Part shown: positions 36,881-48,646 of the stretch, in pieces
Numbering within the stretch: position 1 is the stretch's first letter
Layout of the letters: every line of letters starts with the position of its first letter
Assembly (NCBI GenBank): GCA_016618085.1
Contig: JABLTG010000015.1
Span: forward strand, 62,001 to 126,000
Source: Neovahlkampfia damariscottae
Taxonomy: Eukaryota
Direction of reading: 5' to 3'
Length of the DNA: 64,000 nt
Notes under the pieces: generated by a model
Told to the model about the DNA's origin: nothing
The model's input: only the letters and a program-made list of their open reading frames with translations
Databases searched by the model: none
Made by a program: the position numbers and the translations under genes

Positions 36881-38706
36881 TTAGTTAATGATACAGTTTT
36901 TGTTTTCTTGAGGTGCGATTGGATGAATGGAATTTTCCATCACAAACGACAGGATTGAATCTTGAAACACATCATTAACATGATATAAATCTTTAGCAGA
37001 GCATTCTAAGAAGGATTTTGCACCTATATGTTCAGCCATTTCTTCTCCCATTTTTGTGGAAACTACTAGTTTCCCTTGTTGATCCATTTCGTCTCTTAAG
37101 TCTTCTTTATTTCCGACCAAAATGATTGGGACTTTCGTTGAGTAATTTTTAACTTCTTGAATCCATTTTTTTTCAATATTTTCAAAAGAATCAATATCAA
37201 TCACACTATAGCAAATTAAGAAAATATTCGTTCCTGGATATGCAAGAGGTCTTATTGTGTCTATTCATGATTTCAAATGATTGAAAATTTTACCATAATC
37301 TTTATCACCTGCTGTATCCCAAAGAGCAAATTGAATTTGGAATCCTTGAAAATTAACATGACATGAATATTCATCAAACACAGTTGGGACTAGATGAAAA
37401 ATGAGAATTTAAAGACAATACCATATTCTTCTGGAAATTTTTGTGATGCGTAAGAAATTAACAAAGATGTTTTTCCAATATTTCCATCCCCAATAACTTT
37501 AAAAAAGTGAAAAAATAAATTTTTCTTACTCACCAATTTGCAACAGTTTTCAGTCAATTTTACATTTGGATCAAGTTTTTTTGGTAAATTTAGAGATTTT
37601 TTATTTGAATTTTTGAATCCAAATTTTTCAATTTTTTTTAGCCTGCATAATGATTCAATGAACAAATCAGCTTCTGATTTCTTGATTGAAATCTCTTTCT
37701 TTCTTTCATATTTTTTGACATAAATTCCTTTCCAATTTTCAACATCTTTACCAATAACATGAAAATGAGCAATTGCTAAGAATTTCCATAACTTTTCTGA
37801 GTCAATAGCTTCTTTCCAAGATGTACAAACCAATCTCATTTTCATCACATCTTTAATAGTTGAATAAAAAGAAATGATAAAAATTAATTCTTCAGGTAAT
37901 AACGAAGCCTTTGAAGTAAATTCAGATTTCATTGGAATTCCTATTTGACGCTTAATCAAGTGATAATCAGCTTCTGTCATTGGACCTAAATATTGAGCTC
38001 TTGATCTCAACTTGAAGAATATTGATGTTCTTCTGACACCAGTTTTTAAAACCCTATGAATAGTTGGAGATATGCTTCTCTTTGAAATAATGCTCAATTG
38101 CTCTCCTGGTAAAACAATGATGTTTTTTTGGTTATTTTTTGAACCTTCTTCATTGATGAATGAATAATTAGATTCTTTTCTTGGTTTATAAACCTGTAAA
38201 GCAACAGTATCTAATTCAATAATGAATGTCAAAATTCCTTGATCTGTGTGACTTGGACATTGAACTCTTCTTCCATCTTCAAAGTATTTACACACTGTTA
38301 ACACAGAAGAGCTGACATAATTTTCATCTTTTAGAATGTCATCAACCAAAGGATCCAAAGAATTTTCAATTTTTTTTAATAGACCTTCCTCTTTTGAAAA
38401 TATTTTGTTAAGACAATTTCTCGATTCTTTGTCAAAAATTTTGTAAACTTTTTCAAAAACTTCTTTGAATTCTTTTTTTTGATTTTTTAAGCTTTTGGTG
38501 TTTCCAACACGATACTGGAGTATCTCTTTATTGGATTTATCTTTATTGTATCCAATTCCAAGTTCACTTTCTTCATCGGATGGATTTTCAGGGTTGCTGT
38601 TGAAGACATCATCACAAAGTTCAACGTATTTCAAGATTAGATCTAAATTTTCTTTAGATTCAAGTTTTAAAACCAAGACACCTTCTTTGATGAGAGTCTT
38701 AAACAT
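36881..38706 (-). CDS. 2OG-Fe(II) oxygenase / F-box / Rho-family GTPase fusion protein
   Basis: HTD...HRV...RTS oxygenase motifs, LPEEL...LVCTSW F-box, then GDGNIGKT, YVPTVF, WDTAG, NKED, ECSAK and CaaX (CIIN). Oxygenase through P-loop lie in one open frame. Confidence 0.88.
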
Positions 38707-38743
38707 GATTAGAAAAAAACAAACTGATTGGTTGATTTCATCA

Positions 38744-39178
38744 ATGAGTTCACAACAAATGTTCGTCAACAAGTTCGTAAAAGATTGGAAAGATGCAGTA
38801 AAAGATCATGACCATTCCAAAATATCAAATTTATTCGCAGAAAAAACAACTTTTTATTCACCAATTGTTCACACAAGTTATCATCAAAAAGAGGTTATTC
38901 TTCAAATATTAAAGTGGGTCATTGAAATTATAGAAGAGTTTGAATATATTCAAACATATCAAAATGACCAAGAAATGACTGTTTGTTTGTTATTTCAAGG
39001 AAAGATTTTTGAGAAAAAAAAACAAAAAAGAATCAACATTCAAGGAGTTGATTTGTTTAAATTAAATAAAGAAGGAAAGATCACTGAATTAAAAGTAATG
39101 TTAAGACCATTAAATGGCACTCTAGAATTGGCAAGTGAAATGAAGAAAAGGTTCGCAATTTTAAAAAGTAAAATGTAA
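38744..39178 (+). CDS. NTF2/SnoaL-like protein
   Basis: LFAEKTTFYSPIVH, QGVDLF, GKITELKVMLRP. Intronless. Confidence 0.85.
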   Translation: MSSQQMFVNKFVKDWKDAVKDHDHSKISNLFAEKTTFYSPIVHTSYHQKEVILQILKWVIEIIEEFEYIQTYQNDQEMTVCLLFQGKIFEKKKQKRINIQGVDLFKLNKEGKITELKVMLRPLNGTLELASEMKKRFAILKSKM

Positions 39179-39307
39179 TTCTATTTTTCACATTTGAATC
39201 AAAAAAAACCAATCCATTTCTTCCATATCCTATTCTAATATATCAGTAAGAAATTATTTTTGCTTGAAAAAAAATTATGAAAAAAAAAAAAGAAATTTTT
39301 TAATAAA

Positions 39308-40279
39308 TTATTTGCATTGAATTCCACATTGAACACCTGCAAAACCAGCTTCTTTGAGATAACATTTAACATTTGTTTGACATTTTTTGAAAAGTGCTTC
39401 CCATTTTTTTGAACCTAATTTTTTTTTTAAACAATTTTGAACACATTTCAAAAAATCTTTTTTTGGAAGTTTTTTCAATGCTTCTCCTCTTTGACATCTA
39501 TTTGAAAAAACGGATGTAAAGAACATATGCATTGTATTCACTTTGATTTCATCTTTCATTAAACATTTTGGAAATGTTTCTTCTAAAAAGTTTGCTTTGA
39601 CAACCCATTTTGGAGCATGTTCAAATCTACTATCTGGTGTTGTAATTTGTTTTGAACCAACAAATCCAGTCGCAAATGTTGTCAATTTTCCAGAATTGTA
39701 CATGAGGAAAAATGGATTGAAATCATTACAATCCATATCAGCAGAGATATCATACCAGTAATGAATACCCATTCCAATAATACATTTTCCTAATTTCCAT
39801 CTTGGATTTTGTTTAACTTCAGCTTCTGTGAGTGGCATTTTGAAGTATCCTTTATCTTCTGGAATATGACTGACCCACCAAATTCTGTCTCCGTATTTTC
39901 CAGCAGTTCTATGATTACACATGTTATCTGGTTGTACAAAGAAAGCAATTAAAGCCCAATATGTTTTTCCTTCAAATTTTTTTTCAGTGTAATATCTTGA
40001 GAGCATAGGTTCTGTTGGTTTATCATATACACCAACTTCAATTCCAGCAAGAGCAGATCTACTATCATAGTAGACAATATTGACAATATCTTTCTTTTTA
40101 CTGATGTATCTTGTGAGACATTTGTGAATGTCAGTGTCAACAAAATGCCATCCTTTTTTCATCGCTTCTTTTGGTGAGATTGGTAAATCAGAGTTTTTTG
40201 GGTATGTGACTCCAAATGTTTTTCTATAATCAGCTGAGACAACGCAAATAATAAAAGCAAGAGCTATGAGTAACTTCAT
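39308..40279 (-). CDS. Secreted hypothetical protein with a C-terminal Cys-rich module
   Basis: MKLLIALAFIICVVSA signal peptide, GKCIIGMGIHYW and PFFLMYN.GKL. Intronless. Confidence 0.78.
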   Translation of the reverse strand: MKLLIALAFIICVVSADYRKTFGVTYPKNSDLPISPKEAMKKGWHFVDTDIHKCLTRYISKKKDIVNIVYYDSRSALAGIEVGVYDKPTEPMLSRYYTEKKFEGKTYWALIAFFVQPDNMCNHRTAGKYGDRIWWVSHIPEDKGYFKMPLTEAEVKQNPRWKLGKCIIGMGIHYWYDISADMDCNDFNPFFLMYNSGKLTTFATGFVGSKQITTPDSRFEHAPKWVVKANFLEETFPKCLMKDEIKVNTMHMFFTSVFSNRCQRGEALKKLPKKDFLKCVQNCLKKKLGSKKWEALFKKCQTNVKCYLKEAGFAGVQCGIQCK

Positions 40280-40449
40280 GTTTGTAACTGAAAATGTTTG
40301 ACAATTATCCTGTAGACCAATCAAATACTTATTTTGTTCAATTAGAATATTCTAAAGATGTGGTTGGACGAGCAACTCCGAAATGGATGGTTTCGTTATT
40401 TTTGGAAATTCCATTTCTAATGATTATTCCCTTGGTTCCATTGATCATT

Positions 40450-41027
40450 CATAATTGAATCCCAAGTTCTTTGGCATCTCTTTTTCGTTTGAAGTACTTC
40501 ATTGATTCACAATGATCTCTTGGTTTGTTTTCATTTCTGGATGAAAATATCCCAAATATTTTTTGTTTAAAATTTTTATTTGCATTTCATGAGATTCTTT
40601 TTTTTCTTTGGAACAAACAAAATTGATTTCCTCTTCTTCTCATTGATTAGGCATAGTTTTATTTTCCATTGCTTTACTAATTTTTTCTTTGTCTCCACTT
40701 AGTGTTTCTGAAGTTACGAATTGAAGAGTAAATCCATTTTTAAAAACAGATTCCATAACTATTTTTCAGCAATGATTTTAGCAAATATTGAAATACCAAA
40801 CCATTTTGTTTCAGCATATTTCACGCATTTTCTTCAATGCATCGAATATTTATCGGTATTCTTGCTGCAAATTCAGTTTTGAATTAATAGTGGAAGAAAC
40901 CAATTCTCAATGACACCTTGAATTCTTGATTTGTAGTTTTGTAGTTAAAAGTTCATTAGAAGTTTCTTGAAATTGTTCAACTCATTGATAAAAGTGCTCT
41001 GCCTCATCATGCTCATCAGTCCTTCCA
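40450..41027 (-). pseudogene. Decayed DUF4116-repeat gene
   Basis: Fragments QNGLVFQYL, VMESVFKNGFTLQFVTSETLSGDKEKISKAM and YLGYFHPEMKTNQEII separated by stops and frameshifts. Confidence 0.6.
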
Positions 41028-41173
41028 TTTTTTTGGGCCAATGAAAACCCTTTCTAAAGTTAACAATCAAAAGAATCGATCCAAAACATCTAAATACTTT
41101 AAATATTATTTTTCTATTTCTCAATTTCTCCTTTAAAAACTATTGGATGATTTTTTAGACCAATAACATTGTC

Positions 41174-42983
41174 ATGAGTTTTTTCTTTTCAGAAACAAAA
41201 TTTGAGACAATTCCAATTTCACAAATATATACAAAAATACCTGAAGTCTTTAATGTACACTCAAAAAATACAATTCATGAAACACTTGAAGTAAGAAATC
41301 AACCGACATTTTGACAGTTAGAAATTAATATCTTTCAAAAATGTTCAATCACTTCCTGTCTATGATAAAGAAGAAAAGACATATGTAGGGTTTGTAGAAT
41401 ACCAAGATATTGTTTATTTCATTTCAAAAAATCCAAAAATTGATTTCAACAAAACACCAATCAATGAAGTACCAGGTGAGAAAATTAAAAAAAAAAAAAG
41501 TTAAATTTTTCAAAGGTTTATTTGATAGAAATCCATTTATACCAGTGTATAAAACTGATAAAGCGATTAAAGCTATTGAATTATTAGTTAAATCTGATGT
41601 ACCAAGAATTCCAATCCTTCATACAGAAACAGATCAAGTAATTTCAATATTAAGCCAGTTTGATTTGATTCGTTATTTGTCAAAGAATATGGATTCACTT
41701 TCACATGACCAAAGAAAAATGAAAATTTCCAATTTAGGACAAAAGAATGTTTCATGTGCAAATGAAAAAACTACAGCAATTGAATGTTTTCAAAAAATGA
41801 ATGAATTGAAAATTGGTGGTTTACCTGTGGTTGATGAATCAAATGGAGAATTAATTGCAACTATTAATGCTTCAGATTTGAAATTTTTTGAAGACCCAAA
41901 ATTCACAACCAATTATAATGAAATATTACAATTAAATGTTATTGAATTTTTAGGTAAGTATTATTTATTAACTTACAAACATTAGATAAAATTGAATCAA
42001 GAAGAAAAATTCCAATATTCTGTGATGAAAATTCAACTTTAGAACAAATTATCAAAATATTAACAGATAACAGAATCCACAGAACATTTCTAGTTAATTC
42101 AAAGAAACAACCAATTCGTGTTATTTCACAACAAGATGTGTTAAGAGGAACTTTGACATCAATGAAATCCAGAGATGAAAATGATAATTTAACACCACAA
42201 ATTAAAAAATTATTGAACAGTTCATTAAAAGACATCATTGAAAATGAAATTGAGTTCAATGATGATTCATTGTCCTTCTTAGAATCAGAATTAATCATGG
42301 ATGTTTCTGAAAAATTGAACATTGAAAGTTTCATGAAGAAGAACAAAATCAAAAGAAGAGTTGCTGTTGCGACAATGGTTAGAAATCGTATTGATTTGTT
42401 AAAAAACATTGTCAAATCAAAAAATGAAATATTTAAAAATTTAGACTTTGTTGACTTTTGGAAAGGTTATTTCTTCCTGGTTGAAGTTTTGGAAGCTCAA
42501 AAAATGAAAAAAATGAATTATCCTTTCATTGTTGCATTTTATGGATCTGAAGGAATTGGAAAGAATAATTTGGTTGAAATTTTGATAGAAATATTAAAAA
42601 TGAAGAATTATCATTCAGTTCTTTTTGATTTAAAAGAATTTGAAAGTTCAAAACCAACAACCAATGAAATTGATACTTCAAATGCTTCAAATAACAACAA
42701 GGTTGATTTTATTTTCTTTGAAACATCATCTAATAATATCAATGGTTTGTTTGATAAAGATTTCAAAGTGATTGATTATTTAGTTTATGTCTATTCTGAT
42801 TATCATTCTCTCAAAGTTGAAAAATATAATCAATTGAAAAAGAAGGTGAATTTGGATTATTGGGAAAAACTTTGGATGAATTCAATTATTCCTGTTGTTA
42901 ATGGATTGATTTCTGATGTTCCTGAACATTCAAATTTGCTGATCAAAAAAAATGAAAAACATCAAATTCTATCATTTAATTAA
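41174..42983 (+). CDS. CBS-domain protein (AMPK-gamma/Sds23-like) with a C-terminal P-loop-like domain
   Basis: SLPVYD, RIPIL, GLPVVD...INASDLK and IHRTFLVN CBS repeats, then PFIVAFYGSEGIGKN; three introns. Confidence 0.8.
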
Positions 42984-43479
42984 AATTTTTTTCTTTTATT
43001 ATTTTTTTTTTCTTGGATTGAAGGTGACATTTTAAAAATGTACCTTTCCAAGACCTATTAACAAAAAAAATAGACAATTTAGAATAACCTCAAATTCAAA
43101 TTTAACACTAAAAACAAAAAGAAAACTTGAAAAAGTCATACAATCAGTTGCCAAAAATCCAGTAGAAATTCAATGGAAACAAAACTATCATTTTCCAGTG
43201 GGAATTTTGAATTCAGATAAAATAAAACTTTTAAAATTGGAAGATACCACAATTTTATTAAGACTGAAGAAATTCACCAGAAAATGCATCAAATTTACCA
43301 TGTGGCATTGTTTTCAAAGAGTTGTAAAATAGTATTTGTTTGTTTATTTAATTTTTTGGAATCAAAAGTCTCAAGAAATAGTCTTGGTTTCATCGCTTCT
43401 GAAGTTTCTAGAAGATTTGTTGAAGAAATTAATCCGAATTTTTCTTGATTGAATAAATAGAAAGAACAATAAAGAAACT

Positions 43480-46335
43480 TTATTTTTTGATATTCGCCAA
43501 TTCACATGAATTTGCTTTCTTTGCAAATCTTAAACTGTTCAAACTTTCATTCATACAATCTTCATTTGACGAAATATTAACAATCATCAATACTTTTGAA
43601 TTCTTTGACAAAGAGTTCTTCAACAAAAATGTTAATATTGAATTTCTATAAGGAATAAAAATTTCTTTGTTTGCAATGGAATGAATAACATCTCCAAGAC
43701 AACTCAAACTTTTGTTGATGTATTTTGTCTCTTTACTTCTTTCATCATATCCTTCTGTTTGTGACATTCTCTCAGATCCTGATAAATCAATGAAATTCAA
43801 TAATCCTTCTGTTGTAGATTTGAATTGTAAATTGGTGTTTGAAATTTTTAATTGGATGATGACATGTGATCTTGAAGAGCGATCATTTTTTTTGGTAATT
43901 CCTTTAGTCCTGTTTTTGGAAGCAATTCTCATAAATTTCATGAATTCGTCAACTGAAGAAATTTTGATTTTTCCAAGACCTACTATAGTCGTGATTTCAT
44001 TTTCATGTCGAATTTCATATTTGATATCTTTTTCTAAATTTAATAAATCATAAATTTTGTCTTTATAAATTTCAATGAAGCTGGATTCAACAGAAAATGA
44101 GATATTTTTTTGATGTTGAAAGTCAGAAAAAATTTTGTGAACTGATTGTTGAATCATTCCTTGTTGATTTTGTTGTGAATCTTCTCTCATCATGGTGTAA
44201 GTTTTTCCAGAGGATGTTTGTCCATAAGCAAAAACACAAACTTGATCTCCATCCATTGCACTTTGGATGAATTTTGAAACTTCAAAAAATAAATCTTCTT
44301 GTGTTGATTTTGAAGGAAATACTTTGTTAAACATGAATGAATGAACTTTAGTGTTTGATCGGCCTGATATATCATTGAATTTTTCAAGAAGGTTGATTTT
44401 TGAATCATCTTCTTTTGGTAAATGAATGAAAGATTTTTGGTCTTTTTTGGTCGGAGGTTTGATTCGACAAATTACTTGAATATTTCCATTCAACTCCATT
44501 AATTCATTATGTAATTTCTTGGCTCTTTCATATTCAACCTTCAATAATTCTTGATATTCTTCAATTTCTTGATTTTGAGTGGATGGATTTTGTTTTCCCA
44601 ATGAATTGGATACCAATTTTTTTATCTTATTTTTTAGAGTATCATTTTCATTTTGGAGTATTTTTAATTGATTTTGTTGATTACTATGATATTTCAATTC
44701 CATTTCTTTAATAATATTTTGATAATTCAAAATTTCAGTTTGATATTCTTTCTCTATTTTATTGACTTTTTGATCAGATATTTTCATGAAATGTTGTTTA
44801 TCATTTTCAAATTCAACTTTTTGAATCTCTAAAAAATTCTTTAAATCCTCATAATCACGTGATTTTTCATCTTTCAAATCTTTGATTGAGCTTTTATTAT
44901 TTTCAATAACCAATTGTAACTGAGATATTTCAGATTCATAATGTTCTTTCATTTTCATATTTTCATTCGATTTTACATTTATTTCAATCTCCATTTTTTT
45001 CATTTGTTTTTCATATTTACTCACAATTGTTGAAATTTCTAAATGATGATTTTGAAGAAATTGATCAAAATTTTCTTGAGTATAATTTCCTTTTCTATCA
45101 ACCACAGTTTGCATTTTTTGCAGTTGGGAATTCTTTTCTTGCAGTTGTTTTTGGAGCGAATCAATTTCTTTGGAATGTTGCTTTTTCAAGAACTGAATTT
45201 TTTCATTGATCAATTGATCCATGTATAAATTTGATTCCTCTAATTCTAAGAACAAGTTTTTAATTTCATTTTTACACCAAATTTCAGTTTCATTGTACAA
45301 TTTAGTTGAGTTATCAAGTTCAGATTTCAAACATAAAACTTCATTATTTTTTTTATCTAATTCTCTTTTCAAGTGGATCTGAGCATGGATATCACTATTT
45401 AAAACTCTTTTTCTCAGTATTTCATTGTCTCTACTTAAATTTTTGATTGTAGATTCCAATTGGTCAATTGTTACAGTCATTTGTTGAATTTGTTCTTCGT
45501 GAGTTGATTTTAAACGAATCAAGTATTTGAACTTTTCTCTTTGTGAATCAATCTCTCTTTTAACATATTCAATTGTTTCAAAACAATTTTCAATTTCTTG
45601 AGAATGAATGAATTTCAATTTACAATTTTTTTCTTGTTCGGCATCAAGTTGGTTTATCAAATCAACTCTCAATTTATGTTCTTTTTCAAAAATGGAATCA
45701 ACCTTTAAAAGCATTTCTTGAGTTTTTTCATGAACTTCACGTTTAATTTTTTCAATTTCCACTTGGTATTCTTTTTGTTGATCATTTTGTTGATTTTTTG
45801 ATAATTCAATGACTTGATTATTTAATTCAGATACCCTTGTTTCTAAATTCTTTGAGTATGATACTTCTTCTTTCAATTGTGTCAAGAATTTTTCACATAA
45901 AAAATCGAAAGAATCAACATTTGATTGTTGAATGGAATTTCCTCCTGTGCTTCTAATAGAGTTGATTTCATCAAATTGAGTTAATAATTTCTTCATTTTG
46001 ACATTTCTTTCCTTAATTTTTTTCTCTGATTCAATTTGATTGAAGTATTGAGTCTCCAATGATTTTCTATTGTCCGTTGAGCTGTCATCATATTTTTCAA
46101 TTTTTGATTGTAAATCATGAATTGATGACTCAAATTCTTTGAAATTACCTGTAACTAACCCATGTATATTTTTTCTTCTTTCTGATCTTGGTGAGTTTTC
46201 ATTGTCAAACTTCAATGTCCGATTTGATTTTGATAACAAAACTCCATGTGGCGAGATGTAACTATTTTGATCAACAGGTTTTGAAAAACTGAACATTTCT
46301 TTAATTTTAAGACCAAGTGAATTGTGTTTCTCCAT
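43480..46335 (-). CDS. Kinesin-14 (C-terminal motor, KIFC1/Kar3-like)
   Basis: Long coiled coil, LNGNIQVICRIKP, GQTSSGKT, SSRSH, DLSGSER and IPYRNS. Confidence 0.95.
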   Translation of the reverse strand: MEKHNSLGLKIKEMFSFSKPVDQNSYISPHGVLLSKSNRTLKFDNENSPRSERRKNIHGLVTGNFKEFESSIHDLQSKIEKYDDSSTDNRKSLETQYFNQIESEKKIKERNVKMKKLLTQFDEINSIRSTGGNSIQQSNVDSFDFLCEKFLTQLKEEVSYSKNLETRVSELNNQVIELSKNQQNDQQKEYQVEIEKIKREVHEKTQEMLLKVDSIFEKEHKLRVDLINQLDAEQEKNCKLKFIHSQEIENCFETIEYVKREIDSQREKFKYLIRLKSTHEEQIQQMTVTIDQLESTIKNLSRDNEILRKRVLNSDIHAQIHLKRELDKKNNEVLCLKSELDNSTKLYNETEIWCKNEIKNLFLELEESNLYMDQLINEKIQFLKKQHSKEIDSLQKQLQEKNSQLQKMQTVVDRKGNYTQENFDQFLQNHHLEISTIVSKYEKQMKKMEIEINVKSNENMKMKEHYESEISQLQLVIENNKSSIKDLKDEKSRDYEDLKNFLEIQKVEFENDKQHFMKISDQKVNKIEKEYQTEILNYQNIIKEMELKYHSNQQNQLKILQNENDTLKNKIKKLVSNSLGKQNPSTQNQEIEEYQELLKVEYERAKKLHNELMELNGNIQVICRIKPPTKKDQKSFIHLPKEDDSKINLLEKFNDISGRSNTKVHSFMFNKVFPSKSTQEDLFFEVSKFIQSAMDGDQVCVFAYGQTSSGKTYTMMREDSQQNQQGMIQQSVHKIFSDFQHQKNISFSVESSFIEIYKDKIYDLLNLEKDIKYEIRHENEITTIVGLGKIKISSVDEFMKFMRIASKNRTKGITKKNDRSSRSHVIIQLKISNTNLQFKSTTEGLLNFIDLSGSERMSQTEGYDERSKETKYINKSLSCLGDVIHSIANKEIFIPYRNSILTFLLKNSLSKNSKVLMIVNISSNEDCMNESLNSLRFAKKANSCELANIKK

Positions 46336-46551
46336 TTTTTTCTTTTTGAAAAATCAAACTTTTTTATTTGAAACTTTCATCCTATCTGTTCATCCTTTGC
46401 TAAATTTAGGAAATTTTTCTGGTCATCAATGAATTGTTTAAGCTCATCATGTTATGGAAGAACATTTTTTCTTGTTTGACTTCACTTCCAAAATGTCGAT
46501 TCTATTTGGAATGGTAAATTTTTTGATTGGTTGAAAATTCATGAATAAATA

Positions 46552-47893
46552 ATGCAGTTGCTGAAGATTTGGAGTGGCTTGATCTTTTTTCTTTTGGTGG
46601 TTTATTTTTCAGCTCAATTTTTCATTGTTTCTAAAAAACTCATTCAAAAGAGAGTGAACAACAAAACACAAAAACAAGAAATTTTTAACAAAAAGTTTCC
46701 GAAGATTAAAATTTTATTGGATTCAAAGAACGGATATTTTATAGATACTTTTAAAAATATAAGACAAAATTTTGATTCTGTTTTTATGGATAATTTTTTT
46801 GAAGTTTTTGTTTTTGTTGACAGATACCTGAACCAAGAACCAAAAAAAGAAGAAAAAAAATTATTGAAAATAGATAACCGATTGAAAATTATAAATTTTG
46901 ATTCATTTTCAAATCAAACTTTACACTCCAAGGTAAGTAAATCAATCATTAAAATATAGACCAAAAATTGGATTAACATTTTGCAGACGTTCCACAAGGA
47001 ATTTTTAAACAGCACTGAAATATTTTTGTACATGGATAGTAAGCAATAATTTTTTAATCTAAATTATAGGTGAGCATAAAATTTGTGACAATATTTTTTT
47101 TCACATTATTTCAATGTTTCAATGGGCTGAAATTCACCAAGATAAATGGAAGTCGATACGATTATCATTTGATTTGAATGGCTTTTTACTACAATCAAAT
47201 GATATACCTGACATTACCAACCATGTACGACAAGCAGTTATTATTCATGATCACATGACTTTAGAAGAGTCTTTATCGAATTACTGGGATCCTTTTAATC
47301 ATAAATTAAAAAGGAAATTATTCACTTATCGGTATAATTTATTTACAAATGGAAAAACGAACCACTCTGAATGTTATCAACCATTGGATAATTATAGATT
47401 ATTCCAAGCAGAAAAATTTGATTGGAGATGCGAAGGATACATTCTTTCACCATGTCCAAAAATTGTAAAAGAATTGGAGTTTCGTACTGTACCTCAAATT
47501 GATGTTCCATTGAATACAGAAATGAGAAAATTACTTCTCAAAAGGATTGGTTTAGAAATTCAAGTTTCTAAAGGTTTACTGATCAATTCATGTTCAGTTC
47601 TATGTGCAACAAAAGGAAGGGTTTGTGTTAAGAATGCTTTTCAATTTGTTAACAATTGTGAAACTTTACAAGAGTTCTTTGGAAAAAAACGATGTGTGAA
47701 TTTTGTTTATGGAAATCCTGATTACTATCCAGGTTATCATTGGTTCATTGAAGAATTGAATACATTAACAGAAATGGTTTCAACTTGTGACAAAACAGTG
47801 GGAGGATACAGAAGAGCATGTGTTTGTGGTGAAATGCGAAACAAAAAATTCAAATTCAAAACAAAATCAATTGACGAATATTTAAGGAGATGA
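46552..47893 (+). CDS. Type II membrane glycosyltransferase-like protein with a Cys-rich C-terminal domain
   Basis: N-terminal TM helix, two introns, and a SC...C......C...RRACVC tail like the MGAT5 C-terminus. Confidence 0.6.
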
Positions 47894-47903
47894 AATATTT
47901 TAT

Positions 47904-48122
47904 TTAGTCGAAGAAGTCATTTTCATAGAAATTCTTTTCACGTACCATTATTGGAATTAAACAAAAATCGAGAATCCAAAAAATCAAATTTCCTAAACCC
48001 GCTGTGAAGACAAGAAAAAACATGTAAATACAGAACCCAATAGGATCTCCTAGGTATATTCTATGAACTCCAAAAAATCCAAAGAACAACCACAAGATGT
48101 ATGTAAGTAGTAAACTCACCAT
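47904..48122 (-). CDS. TM2-domain protein, copy 1
   Basis: YILWLFFGFFGVHRIYLG...WILDFCLIP. Confidence 0.9.
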   Translation of the reverse strand: MVSLLLTYILWLFFGFFGVHRIYLGDPIGFCIYMFFLVFTAGLGNLIFWILDFCLIPIMVREKNFYENDFFD

Positions 48123-48228
48123 TTTTGTTGCGATCAATTTTTCTTGGATTTTGATTGGATTTTAACTTCGATTTATCCAAAGATCAAGTTTTTTTTGGTT
48201 GTTAGAAATTGAATTTTTTATTAAATTA

Positions 48229-48432
48229 TTATCCATACATGTTTTTATCGCGAACTAATGATGGTATTAAACACAAATCAACAAGCCAAAAAATTAAATT
48301 TCCAAAACCTGCAGTGAGAAAAAGCAATGCTATATAAACACAAAATCCAATTGCATCACCTAAATATATTCTATGAACACCAAAAAATCCAAAGAATAAC
48401 CATAAGATGTACGTAAGTACCAAACTAACCAT
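48229..48432 (-). CDS. TM2-domain protein, copy 2
   Basis: YILWLFFGFFGVHRIYLG...WLVDLCLIP; tandem paralog of copy 1. Confidence 0.9.
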   Translation of the reverse strand: MVSLVLTYILWLFFGFFGVHRIYLGDAIGFCVYIALLFLTAGFGNLIFWLVDLCLIPSLVRDKNMYG

Positions 48433-48646
48433 CTTCGCAATGATCTAAAATTGATACTTTCAATTGGATTTCATTCTTTAAAGATCAAAAAAAAACAGAA
48501 ATGGAAATATTTGAAATAAATCTCCATTATTGATTCGATTTTTTTTTTTCAATTTTTTAGGAGAAAATACAAGTTTTTATTTTATTTTGATTTGTCATTT
48601 AAAAACCAATCATCTTTTTTCCTTCTTTTTGGTGAACAAGACGAAG

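Noticed and set aside
43020..43460. ATG-less open stretch on + between the CBS gene and the kinesin
   Set aside because: I could not build a consistent start or splice model or recognise a motif; it may be a small gene or a relic.
47904..48432. TM2-domain tandem duplicate as a novel system
   Set aside because: It is an ordinary local duplication of a known small family.
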